Assembly: GCA_963705725.1 (NCBI GenBank)
Contig: CAVPKM010000018.1
Span: forward strand, 4,657-68,656
Direction of reading: 5' to 3'
From: an uncultured Gammaproteobacteria bacterium
GTDB taxonomy: Bacteria > Pseudomonadota > Gammaproteobacteria > UBA6002
Length of the DNA: 64,000 bases
Part shown: one piece after another, positions 1 through 10,983 of the stretch
Layout: every line of letters begins with the position of its first letter
Position numbering within the stretch: position 1 is the stretch's first letter
Made by a program: the position numbers and the translations under genes
The notes under the pieces: generated by a model
Seen by the model: only the letters and a program-made list of their open reading frames with translations
Told to the model about the DNA's origin: nothing
Database searches by the model: none

Positions 1-708
1 TATGTTACCGCGATGGACAGTGGAACTGATGTTAATGACATGGATATCATTGCACGAAAAAGTCATTACGTGACTTGTACCTCACAGGAAGGAGGAGGAG
101 ATCCTGCGCCCTATACAGCGCTTGGTGTTAAAAGAGGGATTGAGGCTGCCGTTCACTTCAAATTAGGCAGAACCTCTCTGCAAGGCATACATATCGCTAT
201 CCAAGGTGCGGGGCATGTTGGTTATTACTTGGCAAAAGCCTTAACTCAGGCAGGCGCTAGATTAACGATGACAGATATCAATCCTTTAAGTTTAGCGCGC
301 TGTCAACAAGAATTTGGAGTAAACGTTGTTGTCCCTGAAGATATTTACGAAGTGGAATGTGATGTATTCTCTCCCTGTGCGCTTGGTGCCGTAATCAATC
401 TGACAACCATTCCTAAAATTAACGCGTCGATTATTGCGGGATCTGCAAATAATCAATTAAAAGATATTTTACAAGATGACCAATTACTTTTTGAGCGCGG
501 CATTCTATATGCCCCGGATTTTTTAATTAATGCAGGCGGCTTAATTCATGCTGCCGCAGCTTATGATCGCGGGAATTTAGAAAACGCAGATAAGTTAATT
601 TGCGAAATTTATGACGCTAGTATGAATATTTTTAAACGTGCAAAAACCGAGAATAAACCGACACAATACATTGCTCAGATCATTGCAAATGAACGTTTAA
701 ATAGTTGA
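1..708 (+). CDS. Leucine dehydrogenase (Glu/Leu/Phe/Val dehydrogenase family), 5'-partial; the gene starts upstream of the window
   Basis: The frame is open from nt 1 (YVTAMDSGTDVNDMD...). A GAGxVG Rossmann motif is present (IQGAGHVGYYLAKAL). The C-terminal half resembles LeuDH. BCKDH genes lie immediately downstream. Confidence 0.75.
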   Translation, partial: YVTAMDSGTDVNDMDIIARKSHYVTCTSQEGGGDPAPYTALGVKRGIEAAVHFKLGRTSLQGIHIAIQGAGHVGYYLAKALTQAGARLTMTDINPLSLARCQQEFGVNVVVPEDIYEVECDVFSPCALGAVINLTTIPKINASIIAGSANNQLKDILQDDQLLFERGILYAPDFLINAGGLIHAAAAYDRGNLENADKLICEIYDASMNIFKRAKTENKPTQYIAQIIANERLNS

Positions 709-724
709 AACGTAAAGGATATCA

Positions 725-1789
725 ATGAAAGCCGTTGCGAAATTTGAAGTAGAATATTTTCAATACCTTGACGTTAATGGGGAAGTTAAGCAAGCACTGC
801 CGCATTTTGCAAAAGATAAGGCTACCCTCATCGAGCTTTATTCCCATATGGTTAGGACAAGACTTTTTGATGCAAAAGCCGTCGCCTTACAACGCACAGG
901 AAAAATGGGGACCTTTCCTCAATCACTTGGACAAGAAGCGGTAGCTGTTGGAATGGGTCATGCAATGACAATGGATGATATTTTTTGTCCCTATTATCGT
1001 GACCAAGGAGCGATGTTTCTTCGTGGCGTAACCATGCAAGAAATCCTTGCTTATTGGGGCGGGGATGAACGCGGTAGTGATTTTTCTATCCCCAAACAAG
1101 ATTTTCCTATTTCTGTTCCAGTTGCTAGTCAATGCCTTCATGCGACAGGCTGCGCCTATGCAATCAAATATCGCAAGGAAAAACGTGCCGTGGTAACAAC
1201 TGTCGGAGATGGAGGCACATCAAAAGGAGATTTTTATGAAGCGCTAAATTTAGCCGGCGTTTGGAATCTTCCCGTAGTTTTTATCGTTAATAATAATCAA
1301 TGGGCCATCTCTGTTCCCATTACAGCTCAAACCTATAGTCAAACGCTAGCTCAGAAAGCGATAGCGGCAGGCATAATAGGTATTCAAGTTGATGGCAATG
1401 ACGTGATTGCAGTTCGTGATGTCGTCAATCAAGCGCTTGAAAAAGCAAGAAATGGTCATGGTCCGACACTTATTGAAGCCATCACCTATCGCCTGTGTGA
1501 TCATACTACTGCTGATGACGCTAAGCGCTATGTGGATGGGACTTGTCTAACATCGGCTTGGACCGCAGAACCCATTAAAAGATTATCTGATTACCTGATT
1601 GCTCAGGGCCATTGGTCAAAACAACAAGATGAAATGTTGCAGCAAGACATTGCCAAAGAAATCGAGGAGGCTGTTTCTCTTTATTTAACCATGCCTTCTC
1701 AACCACCTACTGCAATTGTGGATTACCTTTATGAAGAATGGCCAAGTAATCTGCAGGATCAAAAAGATGAATTAGGAGCCATTGAGTAA
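725..1789 (+). CDS. bkdA1: Branched-chain 2-oxoacid dehydrogenase E1 alpha subunit (TPP-dependent)
   Basis: TPP-binding region (GDGGTSKGDFYEALNLAGVWNLPVVFIVNNNQWAIS). RBS AAAGGA precedes the ATG. Followed by E1 beta and E2. Confidence 0.85.
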   Translation: MKAVAKFEVEYFQYLDVNGEVKQALPHFAKDKATLIELYSHMVRTRLFDAKAVALQRTGKMGTFPQSLGQEAVAVGMGHAMTMDDIFCPYYRDQGAMFLRGVTMQEILAYWGGDERGSDFSIPKQDFPISVPVASQCLHATGCAYAIKYRKEKRAVVTTVGDGGTSKGDFYEALNLAGVWNLPVVFIVNNNQWAISVPITAQTYSQTLAQKAIAAGIIGIQVDGNDVIAVRDVVNQALEKARNGHGPTLIEAITYRLCDHTTADDAKRYVDGTCLTSAWTAEPIKRLSDYLIAQGHWSKQQDEMLQQDIAKEIEEAVSLYLTMPSQPPTAIVDYLYEEWPSNLQDQKDELGAIE

Positions 1790-2769
1790 TGACAGAAATT
1801 ACCCTGATACAAGCAGTGACCCAAGCCCTGGCTTATGAAATGGCAGCAGATAAGAATGTGATTGTTCTTGGTGAAGATGTGGGGATCAATGGCGGAGTTT
1901 TTCGAGCGACCGTCGGGCTTTTTGAGCAATTCGGTCCAGAAAGAGTGTTAGATACCCCACTTGCAGAATCCATGATTTCTGGCATGGCAATTGGAATGGC
2001 CGCGCAAGGTCTTAAGCCGGTTGCAGAATTTCAGTTCATGGGTTTCATTTATTCGGGCCTCGATCAAATTCTTTGTCATGCCGCTAGGCTGCGTAATCGC
2101 ACAAGGGGAAGATTGCATTGCCCCATTGTGTTTCGCGCACCATTTGGAGGAGGGATTCGAGCGCCAGAACATCATTCTGAAAGCACTGAAACATTATTTG
2201 CGCATATTCCAGGTTTAAGGGTAGTCATCCCCTCTTCGCCGGCTAGAGCTTATGGGTTGTTATTAGCGGCGATTCGCAATCCAGACCCCGTGATCTTTTT
2301 AGAACCAAAACGCATTTACCGCTTAGTCAAACAAGCGGTCCCAGATGACGGACAAGCCCTCCCGTTAGACAAATGTTTTATTTTAAGAGAAGGGAGTGAT
2401 GTCACCCTGGTCACCTGGGGGGCTAGTACTCATGAAACATTACAAGCCGCTGAAGAGCTGGCTATTTCGGGAATACAAGCGGAAGTCATCGATGTGGCTA
2501 CCATCAAGCCACTTGATATGCAAACTATTTTAAATTCTGTAGAAAAAACAGGGCGCTGCATTATCATTCATGAAGCAGCAAAAACCTGTGGAGTCGGTGC
2601 GGAAATTGCCGCTCAACTTGCAGAACATGGACTACTGTCCCTACTTGCTCCCATACAACGAGTAACCGGCTATGACACAGTCATGCCCTATTTTAAAATG
2701 GAAAAACTTTATATACCGAGTGTTGCAAGAATAATTAATGCTGTATCAAATGTCATGGAGTATGCATGA
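1789..2769 (+). CDS. bkdA2: Branched-chain 2-oxoacid dehydrogenase E1 beta subunit
   Basis: Transketolase-like pyrimidine-binding and C-terminal domains. ATGA start/stop overlap with E1 alpha. Confidence 0.9.
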   Translation: MTEITLIQAVTQALAYEMAADKNVIVLGEDVGINGGVFRATVGLFEQFGPERVLDTPLAESMISGMAIGMAAQGLKPVAEFQFMGFIYSGLDQILCHAARLRNRTRGRLHCPIVFRAPFGGGIRAPEHHSESTETLFAHIPGLRVVIPSSPARAYGLLLAAIRNPDPVIFLEPKRIYRLVKQAVPDDGQALPLDKCFILREGSDVTLVTWGASTHETLQAAEELAISGIQAEVIDVATIKPLDMQTILNSVEKTGRCIIIHEAAKTCGVGAEIAAQLAEHGLLSLLAPIQRVTGYDTVMPYFKMEKLYIPSVARIINAVSNVMEYA

Positions 2770-3890
2770 AAATTTTCAACCTCCCCGACTTGGGAGAAGG
2801 CTTGCCAGATGCTGAAATTCGAGAATGGCTAGTTAACGAAGGCGATGAAGTAAAAGAGGATCAACCCATTGTTTCAATGGAAACAGCGAAAGCGCTGGTA
2901 GATGTTCCCTCCCCCTATGCAGGTCGCATTACAAAATTTCATGGTAAGCCGGGTGACATCATTAAAACAGGCAATCCCCTAGTAGAATTTGAACAGGATG
3001 CCAATGAAGTAGCTAAGCAATCGTCTGATGCAGGCACAGTAGTTGGGAATATCGAGGTGGGACAGACTATTTTAAAAGAATCCCCAATCGGTATTGAACC
3101 GCGCACGAACTTGCAAGCAAATATTAAGGCCTCACCCGCCGTGCGGTCACTAGCAAAACAGCTGAATGTAGATTTAGACAAAGTCACGCCAACAGGCCCT
3201 GGTGGTTCAATCACGGCGCAAGACATAAAAAATGCCGGCAACCATACCCGCCCCATTGATAAGGATTATGAAGAACTGCATGGCCCAAGACGTGCGATGG
3301 CAATTAATATGGCAATGGCTCATCAAGCCGTCGTTCCTGTTACCTTGATGGATGATGCGGATATCCATCATTTTTCTTCGAATGAGGATATCACTTTTCG
3401 CCTTATTCAAGCGATGATTACCGCTTGTTTGACAGAACCAGCACTCAATGCCCATTTTAATGGTAAAAATTTAAGCCGATGTCTATTTACCTCAGTCAAT
3501 ATTGGCCTTGCAGTTGATACAGCAAAGGGCTTGTATGTTCCTGTACTTAAGGAAGCACAAACCCTATCTAAGGAAAAAATTCGGGAAGAAATCAATAAAT
3601 TTAAACAACAGGCTGAAAAACAAGAATTTGCTAAAGATACCCTGCAGGGTGCCAGTATTACTTTATCTAATTTTGGTGTTTTTGTAGGGAAATATGCCAA
3701 TCCTATTGTGGTCCCCCCCACTGTAGCTATTGTTGCCGTGGGCAAGTTAAGAGAGCAAGCAGTAGCGGTAGCAGGAAAAGTAGAAATTCACCGTATCGTA
3801 CCGATTTCTCTCACCTTTGATCACCGTGCAATTACAGGTGGAGAAGCGGCACGATTTTTGGCTGCTTTTATCAAAAGCCTGGAGGCTTAA
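2766..3890 (+). CDS. bkdB: Dihydrolipoamide branched-chain transacylase E2
   Basis: N-terminal lipoyl domain (METAKA lipoyl-Lys). Peripheral-subunit-binding domain (SPAVRSLAKQLNVDL). Catalytic 2-oxoacid DH acyltransferase domain with DHRAITGG. Confidence 0.85.
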   Translation: MKIFNLPDLGEGLPDAEIREWLVNEGDEVKEDQPIVSMETAKALVDVPSPYAGRITKFHGKPGDIIKTGNPLVEFEQDANEVAKQSSDAGTVVGNIEVGQTILKESPIGIEPRTNLQANIKASPAVRSLAKQLNVDLDKVTPTGPGGSITAQDIKNAGNHTRPIDKDYEELHGPRRAMAINMAMAHQAVVPVTLMDDADIHHFSSNEDITFRLIQAMITACLTEPALNAHFNGKNLSRCLFTSVNIGLAVDTAKGLYVPVLKEAQTLSKEKIREEINKFKQQAEKQEFAKDTLQGASITLSNFGVFVGKYANPIVVPPTVAIVAVGKLREQAVAVAGKVEIHRIVPISLTFDHRAITGGEAARFLAAFIKSLEA

Positions 3891-3915
3891 GGTCAGTTTT
3901 CTCCCTTCCGTGAAC

Positions 3916-4743
3916 TTACCGTTTGCTGCAACTTGTGGTCGCAGGAGTAGTATCATTCGAGTTTTTTGTTTTATTAGCCCTTTGCTTCTGGGTGACAATT
4001 TCTTGTAGCAAAGTTCTTGCAAATGGATAGGCTTCCAATTTCTTGTCAGTAATTTTATTAAATAGACCCACAATTGTTAAACCTTCATTATTTTTTAAGG
4101 AAGGATTGACATATTGATTAGTATCAGGCGCCGCTTTGATTAAAAAACCCGGTTTAATTCCATTTCTGCCTTTTAATAATTCAATAAGTACTAGGAATTT
4201 TGTGCTTGTTGCTTCCTTGAGAATACTAAGAATGGCATCATGCACCGGCGTATTACCAAGCTTATCTTGCACATTAATAATGTCAGGTTTTTTTTGCACC
4301 CATTGAGTACGATGAATATTATGATCTACTACTAACAAATAATTTATCGTATCTGCTGCTTCTCCTTTTACTGCACAATGAAGTGCATTTTGCCCTGTAT
4401 CAGCATCTTGAGCGGCTACCGCCATTTGCCCTAAGGTAAAGACACATTCCTTCAATCTCTTAGGATCATTGGCTTCAGCTGATTTTCTTAATCTCATTTC
4501 CGCAAGATAAATTGCTAACGATCTATCGGCATGATAGTTATTTTCTTTATAATTTTGTATCGCATAAACTGCTAATATAAAAAGGGTTAACCAACTATAC
4601 GGAGCATCTTCACTTTCAGATAAACAAGCCATCCCTGCCACCAAAAGAAACTGTAGAAAAGCGACTTGCTTAGCACGAGCTCGCTCAGTTAGGCGGTTTT
4701 TTCTTAATACCTCACCATATGTTTGCATCCGAGAACCTCTCAT
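3916..4743 (-). CDS. Ankyrin-repeat protein (eukaryotic-like; candidate secreted effector)
   Basis: Several ANK repeats (GNTPVHDAIL, GQNALHCAVKGEAADTINYLL). S/T-rich C-terminus. The true start is probably the internal MQTYGEV. Confidence 0.7.
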   Translation of the reverse strand: MRGSRMQTYGEVLRKNRLTERARAKQVAFLQFLLVAGMACLSESEDAPYSWLTLFILAVYAIQNYKENNYHADRSLAIYLAEMRLRKSAEANDPKRLKECVFTLGQMAVAAQDADTGQNALHCAVKGEAADTINYLLVVDHNIHRTQWVQKKPDIINVQDKLGNTPVHDAILSILKEATSTKFLVLIELLKGRNGIKPGFLIKAAPDTNQYVNPSLKNNEGLTIVGLFNKITDKKLEAYPFARTLLQEIVTQKQRANKTKNSNDTTPATTSCSKR

Positions 4744-4762
4744 TAAAATTTACTAGTAATTA

Positions 4763-4915
4763 TTCAGCACAGGATTGAAACGCTCATATTTTGCCACCTT
4801 CAAGCCAAAATTTAATTAAAAAGCGCAGCATACACAGGTATGTGAGCATTTTTAATTAAATTTTGGCTAAAATCTGAGCGTTTGAGCCCCTTTAGCGTTT
4901 GTGCTGAACAGTTAC
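4763..4915. repeat. Composite intergenic repeat element forming a roughly 150 bp imperfect hairpin. It has a perfect 20 bp inner stem (AGCCAAAATTTAATTAAAAA / TTTTTAATTAAATTTTGGCT, 4803-4822 and 4849-4868). Its outer arms carry the dispersed repeat-family motif.
   Basis: Direct reading shows outer arms TTCAGCACAGGATTGAAACGCTCA (4763-4786) and TGAGCGTTT...TGTGCTGAA (4875-4909). It lies between the SDR 3' end and the ankyrin gene 5' end. Related copies are at 50121-50157, 53449-53489, 18273-18300 and 17713-17748. Confidence 0.8.
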
Positions 4916-4981
4916 ATTTACTATTAGATATAAAAGCGATTAGGATAACATTTTTTATTAAAAAATAATACGTTTTAAAAT

Positions 4982-5743
4982 TTAAGCTTGCATTCTTAAT
5001 GCACCATCGAGGCGGATAACTTCACCATTTAAATAGGAATTTTCAATAATATGTGAGGCCAAATGAGCAAATTCAGCTGCTCTACCTAGCCGAGTTGGAA
5101 AAGGAATTTGGCTTGCAAGCTCCTCTTGAACTTTGGGTGAGAGACGTTCTAAGAGCGGTGTTTGAATCAAACCCGGTGCAATTGTCATGACACGAATTTG
5201 AAAACGTGCAAGTTCTCTTGCTGCAGGTAAAGTCAGGCCGCACACTCCAGCTTTCGAAGCGCTGTAACCACTTTGCCCGATTTGTCCTTCAAATGCTGCG
5301 ATAGAAGCCGTATTGATAATGACACCACGTTCTTCTTCATTTTTTAAAAGTTGCACTGTTGACATTAAAGCTGCAGTTAAACGCAGCATATTAAAAGTTC
5401 CAATGAGATTAACATCAATGACTTTTTTAAAATTCTCAAGTGGCATCGGACCATTCTTGGTCACTATTCGCTCTGCTGGAGCAATTCCTGCACAATTAAC
5501 TAACACGCGAGGTAAGTCGATACGCTGCTTTATTTCGTTAAGCGCTGATTCTACAGCTTTTTCAAGTGATACATCACACTGCAATGCTATCCCATCTATC
5601 TCTTTTGCGATCTGCGTTGCAGCAGTTAAGTCTTGATCTAATATTGCAACTTTCCCTCCCTTTTCACTCAAAAATCGAGCGGTTTCTGCTCCCATTCCGG
5701 AAGCGCCGCCGGTAATAACAATCGTTTTTCCTTTAATATTCAT
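4982..5743 (-). CDS. Short-chain dehydrogenase/reductase (3-hydroxyacyl-CoA dehydrogenase type II-like)
   Basis: TGGASGMG cofactor motif, NCAG, and S...YxxxK (YSASKAG). Confidence 0.8.
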   Translation of the reverse strand: MNIKGKTIVITGGASGMGAETARFLSEKGGKVAILDQDLTAATQIAKEIDGIALQCDVSLEKAVESALNEIKQRIDLPRVLVNCAGIAPAERIVTKNGPMPLENFKKVIDVNLIGTFNMLRLTAALMSTVQLLKNEEERGVIINTASIAAFEGQIGQSGYSASKAGVCGLTLPAARELARFQIRVMTIAPGLIQTPLLERLSPKVQEELASQIPFPTRLGRAAEFAHLASHIIENSYLNGEVIRLDGALRMQA

Positions 5744-5752
5744 ACTATTCCC

Positions 5753-6802
5753 TTAAGTCATTACCTCTTCAAGTAACTCATGATTTTCATTAATAGTGAG
5801 ACCTGCCTTTAACAGAATGCAAAGGGTAATTAACGGAAGAATGGCAATAAGGGTGATCAAGATTTCCCAGCGAGGATAAAAAATGCTTAAGATAGCAAGG
5901 GGGAACAGCCAAAATACATTAATATATTGTACCCGCAATACTACATGCCGATGACAACCCGTTTTTTTAACTGCTTGTTGAAAAGCATGACTGCGATGTG
6001 CTTGATACCAAGCTTCACCTCTTAATACCCGATGGATTAATGTCAGTGTGGCATCAACCCAAAAGCAACCAAGTAAAATCAGCCACTGCCATAGTGTCGA
6101 GGATCCCGTCATCAATGTTTCTATCAATAAAACGCCAAATATAAACCCTAAAAAACCACTACCGGTGTCTCCCATGAACACACTGGCAGGTGACCAATTC
6201 CAAATTAAAAATCCAGCGGAAACGGAGGCAAGCAATAAAAATAAAGGCAGTAAGGATGTATCTTTTTTAAGAAACAAAAGAAAAACCATGGAAATCGATA
6301 CAAAAATGGCTTCGCTACTAGCCAGGCCATCAATTCCATCCATAAAATTATAAAGATTAATTAACCAAACTAGCCCCAACAGTCCAATCATGTAGCCCAA
6401 TAGCTTCCAATGAACAACCATGAAGCCAAGATCTAAAGATGGCATTCCCCCAAATAAATACAATACCAAGGCAGCGGCCAGAAAATGAAAAAAAATACGC
6501 ACGCGAACAGCCACATGGTGGATATCATCAATTAAACCAACTAAAGCCAATAAAATGCCTCCGACTAAAAAGGAGATAAGCAGAGGTAAGCTTAGAAGGT
6601 GGCAAAGATAGAGCAGTACCACACCAAATAAAAAAGTAATGACCATACCAATTCCGCCACCAGAAGGCGTTGGCCTAGCATGCGAGCTTCGTGCATTAGG
6701 AATATCGAGCAAATGAAACCGAAAAGCTATTTTTTTAAAAAAAGAGACTAAGATAGAGGTGGCAATAAATCCTAACAAAATAATGAAAAGTGTTGTGTTC
6801 AT
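5753..6802 (-). CDS. Glycosyltransferase family 4 polyprenyl-phosphate sugar-1-phosphate transferase (WecA/WbpL/MraY-like)
   Basis: About 10 TM helices. Conserved DDxxD-like (IDDIHHV) and NxxNxxDGIDGL (NFMDGIDGLA) motifs. Confidence 0.75.
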   Translation of the reverse strand: MNTTLFIILLGFIATSILVSFFKKIAFRFHLLDIPNARSSHARPTPSGGGIGMVITFLFGVVLLYLCHLLSLPLLISFLVGGILLALVGLIDDIHHVAVRVRIFFHFLAAALVLYLFGGMPSLDLGFMVVHWKLLGYMIGLLGLVWLINLYNFMDGIDGLASSEAIFVSISMVFLLFLKKDTSLLPLFLLLASVSAGFLIWNWSPASVFMGDTGSGFLGFIFGVLLIETLMTGSSTLWQWLILLGCFWVDATLTLIHRVLRGEAWYQAHRSHAFQQAVKKTGCHRHVVLRVQYINVFWLFPLAILSIFYPRWEILITLIAILPLITLCILLKAGLTINENHELLEEVMT

Positions 6803-6822
6803 CCCGACATCACCTTACAAAT

Positions 6823-7938
6823 TTATACAACCTCAACGCGGAGTTTAATAATGTCGATCAATTCAGAAGTAATTTTTTCAATATCGCTGTCTGTTAGATA
6901 TGGATGGAAAGGTAAACTTAATACGCGTCCTGCAGAAAGTTCCGCTATTGGTAAATGGTTATAATAAGGCGCTAAATCTTCAAAAATTGGCTGTCGATGT
7001 AGCGGCACAGGATAATGAACTGCAGTTGGGATTCCCCTTTCCTGTAAAAGTTTTTGAACGTTGGTTCGATCATCAACTTGCAAGGTATATTGTGCATAAA
7101 TACTTTGATTATAGGGTTCCACATAAGGAATGGGCAGATGGGCTTTAAGTATTTCGTTATATTTATGTGCTATTCGTTGTCGCAGGCTAATTTCTTGTTT
7201 AAAAATTTCTAATTTAGCAAGCAGTATGGCAGCTTGAATAGAATCTAACCGGCTATTTAAACCCAATAATACATGATTATAACGTGTGTTTTGTCCATGA
7301 TTCCTAATTTTACGCATTTTATCAGCTAGGCAATCATCATCGGTGAAACATGCCCCTCCATCACCGTAGCAACCTAGTGGCTTAGCAGGAAAAAAACTGG
7401 TACAGCCAATCAACCCAAGATTGCAGGAAAACCGTCCTTTATAACTGGCACCAAAGCTTTGCGCCGCATCTTCGATAACAAAAAGATTATGTGCCGCTGC
7501 AATTTGATTAATGGCATCAAAATCTGCACATTGACCATATAGATTCACCGGCATGATGACTTTAGTTTTCGAAGTAATTGCTTTTTCAATTAACGCGGGT
7601 TGAATGTTATAAGTATCAGGATGGATATCTACAAAGACGGGCACTGCGCCAAGTAAACGTATCATTTCTGCTGTTGCGATAAAGGTGAACGGCGAAGTGA
7701 TCACTTCATCACCTGGCTGAATTCCAAGCGCCATCATCGCGACCAATAACGCATCTGTTCCGCTTGCAAGCGTAATACAATGCTTTGCTTGAACCGATAC
7801 TGCCAACTGAGATTCTAATTCAATAACTTCCGGGCCCATGATGTAAATGCCATGATCCAGGACTGATTTAATTCGCTCAAAAAGCGGATCTTTTATCAGC
7901 TCATATTGTTTTTTCAAGTCAACAAATTGCATCTTCAC
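6823..7938 (-). CDS. DegT/DnrJ/EryC1/StrS-family PLP-dependent sugar aminotransferase
   Basis: Fold-type I aminotransferase. Characteristic N-terminal region GPEVIELESQLA...ASGTDAL and C-terminal DegT signature. Confidence 0.85.
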   Translation of the reverse strand: MKMQFVDLKKQYELIKDPLFERIKSVLDHGIYIMGPEVIELESQLAVSVQAKHCITLASGTDALLVAMMALGIQPGDEVITSPFTFIATAEMIRLLGAVPVFVDIHPDTYNIQPALIEKAITSKTKVIMPVNLYGQCADFDAINQIAAAHNLFVIEDAAQSFGASYKGRFSCNLGLIGCTSFFPAKPLGCYGDGGACFTDDDCLADKMRKIRNHGQNTRYNHVLLGLNSRLDSIQAAILLAKLEIFKQEISLRQRIAHKYNEILKAHLPIPYVEPYNQSIYAQYTLQVDDRTNVQKLLQERGIPTAVHYPVPLHRQPIFEDLAPYYNHLPIAELSAGRVLSLPFHPYLTDSDIEKITSELIDIIKLRVEVV

Positions 7939-7952
7939 CTTAAATCTCGTAG

Positions 7953-9428
<1,476 letters not shown>

Positions 9429-9438
9429 GAATAAGACA

Positions 9439-10281
9439 ATGAGGCTTTCCATGGGGGATTGGTTGATCGAAAGAATTACGCACTGGTTGACCAAAAATCA
9501 TCCGCCCAGACGAGCATATCTTTGTGATTTTGAAAGAATTCGTTATGAACTGCGTCCTGGAGATGTGCTGTTAATTGAAGGTCGCAATCAAATTAGTCGT
9601 TTTATTCGGAAAGTTACTCAAAGTCCCTGGTCACATGCCGCGCTTTATTTAGGTCGTTTGTATGATGTCGACAATTTAAATCTTCGCAAAAAAATACAGC
9701 AACATTTTGGCGGCGCTTCTGATAGTCAATTGCTGATTGAAAGCTTAATCGGTAAAGGTACAATTATCACAGCACTCCCCCACTATCGACATGATCATAT
9801 TCGAATTTGTCGGCCACAAGGACTTTCACGCAAAGATGCACAGCTAGTGATTGGCTATGCAATTAACCGGCTTGGCGGCAAGTACGACGTTAGGCATGTT
9901 ATTGATTTAGCACGATTTATTTTACCTTGGGGATATTTCAGTCGTTGGCATTCTATTTTATTTGACCCCACCCCATCAAAAGCTGCTTATGATATTTGTT
10001 CCGCTATGATCGCAGAAGCGTTTGGTTCAGTTAAGTTTCCTATTTTACCTGTAGTAAAGCATGATGATGAAAATGGGATTGAATTAATACAAAGAAATCC
10101 CAGACTTTTTACGCCAAGTGATTTTGACTATTCCCCTTATTTTGACATTATTAAATATCCATTTTTTTCTTTATCAGAACAGCCACCCTATCACCACCTA
10201 CCTTGGAAAGAAGGCGCAGTCAGTATCGACGGTGGGAGAGATCTTTATATTAATGACAAAAAAGCCGATAAATCCTATTAA
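9439..10281 (+). CDS. YiiX/YaeF-like permuted papain-fold (NlpC/P60 superfamily) hydrolase, DUF830-like
   Basis: His-before-Cys permuted arrangement (WSHAALYLG ... YDICSAMIAEAF). Size and layout fit the YiiX family. Confidence 0.45.
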   Translation: MRLSMGDWLIERITHWLTKNHPPRRAYLCDFERIRYELRPGDVLLIEGRNQISRFIRKVTQSPWSHAALYLGRLYDVDNLNLRKKIQQHFGGASDSQLLIESLIGKGTIITALPHYRHDHIRICRPQGLSRKDAQLVIGYAINRLGGKYDVRHVIDLARFILPWGYFSRWHSILFDPTPSKAAYDICSAMIAEAFGSVKFPILPVVKHDDENGIELIQRNPRLFTPSDFDYSPYFDIIKYPFFSLSEQPPYHHLPWKEGAVSIDGGRDLYINDKKADKSY

Positions 10282-10934
10282 CGTTTCCTCGCCAAGGTCA
10301 ACCCATCTGCAATTGGAAGCATGCTAAGATCCACCCGTACATCTTGTAAAATTTTTTCATTCAAGGCATCAATTACACAAGCATTTTCATCCGTTGGGGT
10401 GATCACCCGCCCATCTTGAAAAACATTATCGATTGCGATCACCCCACCGGAACGCAGTAATTGTAAAGATAGCTCATAGTAAGTGGGATAATTTTTTTTA
10501 TCAGCATCAATAAAAATAAAATCAAAGCTGCTTGCTTCTCCTTGATGTAGTAATTCTTTTAAAGTTTCTGTCGCCTGCCCAAGCTTGAGCTCAATTTTTT
10601 GTGCTTGTTCCGCCAGCTGCCAATATTTTTTAGCCATGTTCGTCCATTCATTATTAATATCACACCCGATCACTTTTCCTTCGTCTGTCATTGCCATCGC
10701 GACAACTAAGGCGCTATAACCGGTAAAAACTCCGATATCCAAAGTCTTTTTAGCATTTAACATTTTTACCAAAAAGGCTAAAAACTGACCTTGTTCAGGC
10801 GCAATCTGCATTTTGGCTGCACTTAATCCTTTTGTTTCGAGACGTAATTGAGCAAGAATAGGATCTTCCCTCAAAGAATGGGTAAGATAATATTGATATA
10901 AACTATCCGTCATGGAAATTGTCATTCTTGACAT
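10278..10934 (-). CDS. Class I SAM-dependent O-methyltransferase (caffeoyl-CoA OMT family 3)
   Basis: LDIGVFTGYSAL SAM-binding motif and FDFIFIDADKKNY divalent-cation motif. Confidence 0.8.
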   Translation of the reverse strand: MSRMTISMTDSLYQYYLTHSLREDPILAQLRLETKGLSAAKMQIAPEQGQFLAFLVKMLNAKKTLDIGVFTGYSALVVAMAMTDEGKVIGCDINNEWTNMAKKYWQLAEQAQKIELKLGQATETLKELLHQGEASSFDFIFIDADKKNYPTYYELSLQLLRSGGVIAIDNVFQDGRVITPTDENACVIDALNEKILQDVRVDLSMLPIADGLTLARKR

Positions 10935-10983
10935 AATTTTCTCCTATTAATAAGGTACAGGCATTAATCTTTCTGAGTATAAA

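Noticed and set aside
923-3745. Short antisense or alternative-frame ORFs within bkdA1, bkdA2 and bkdB (for example 923-1141, 1948-2175, 1991-2218, 2939-3256, 3407-3745)
   Set aside because: They are nested inside strongly supported enzyme genes and show no homology signal. These are typical spurious ORFs.
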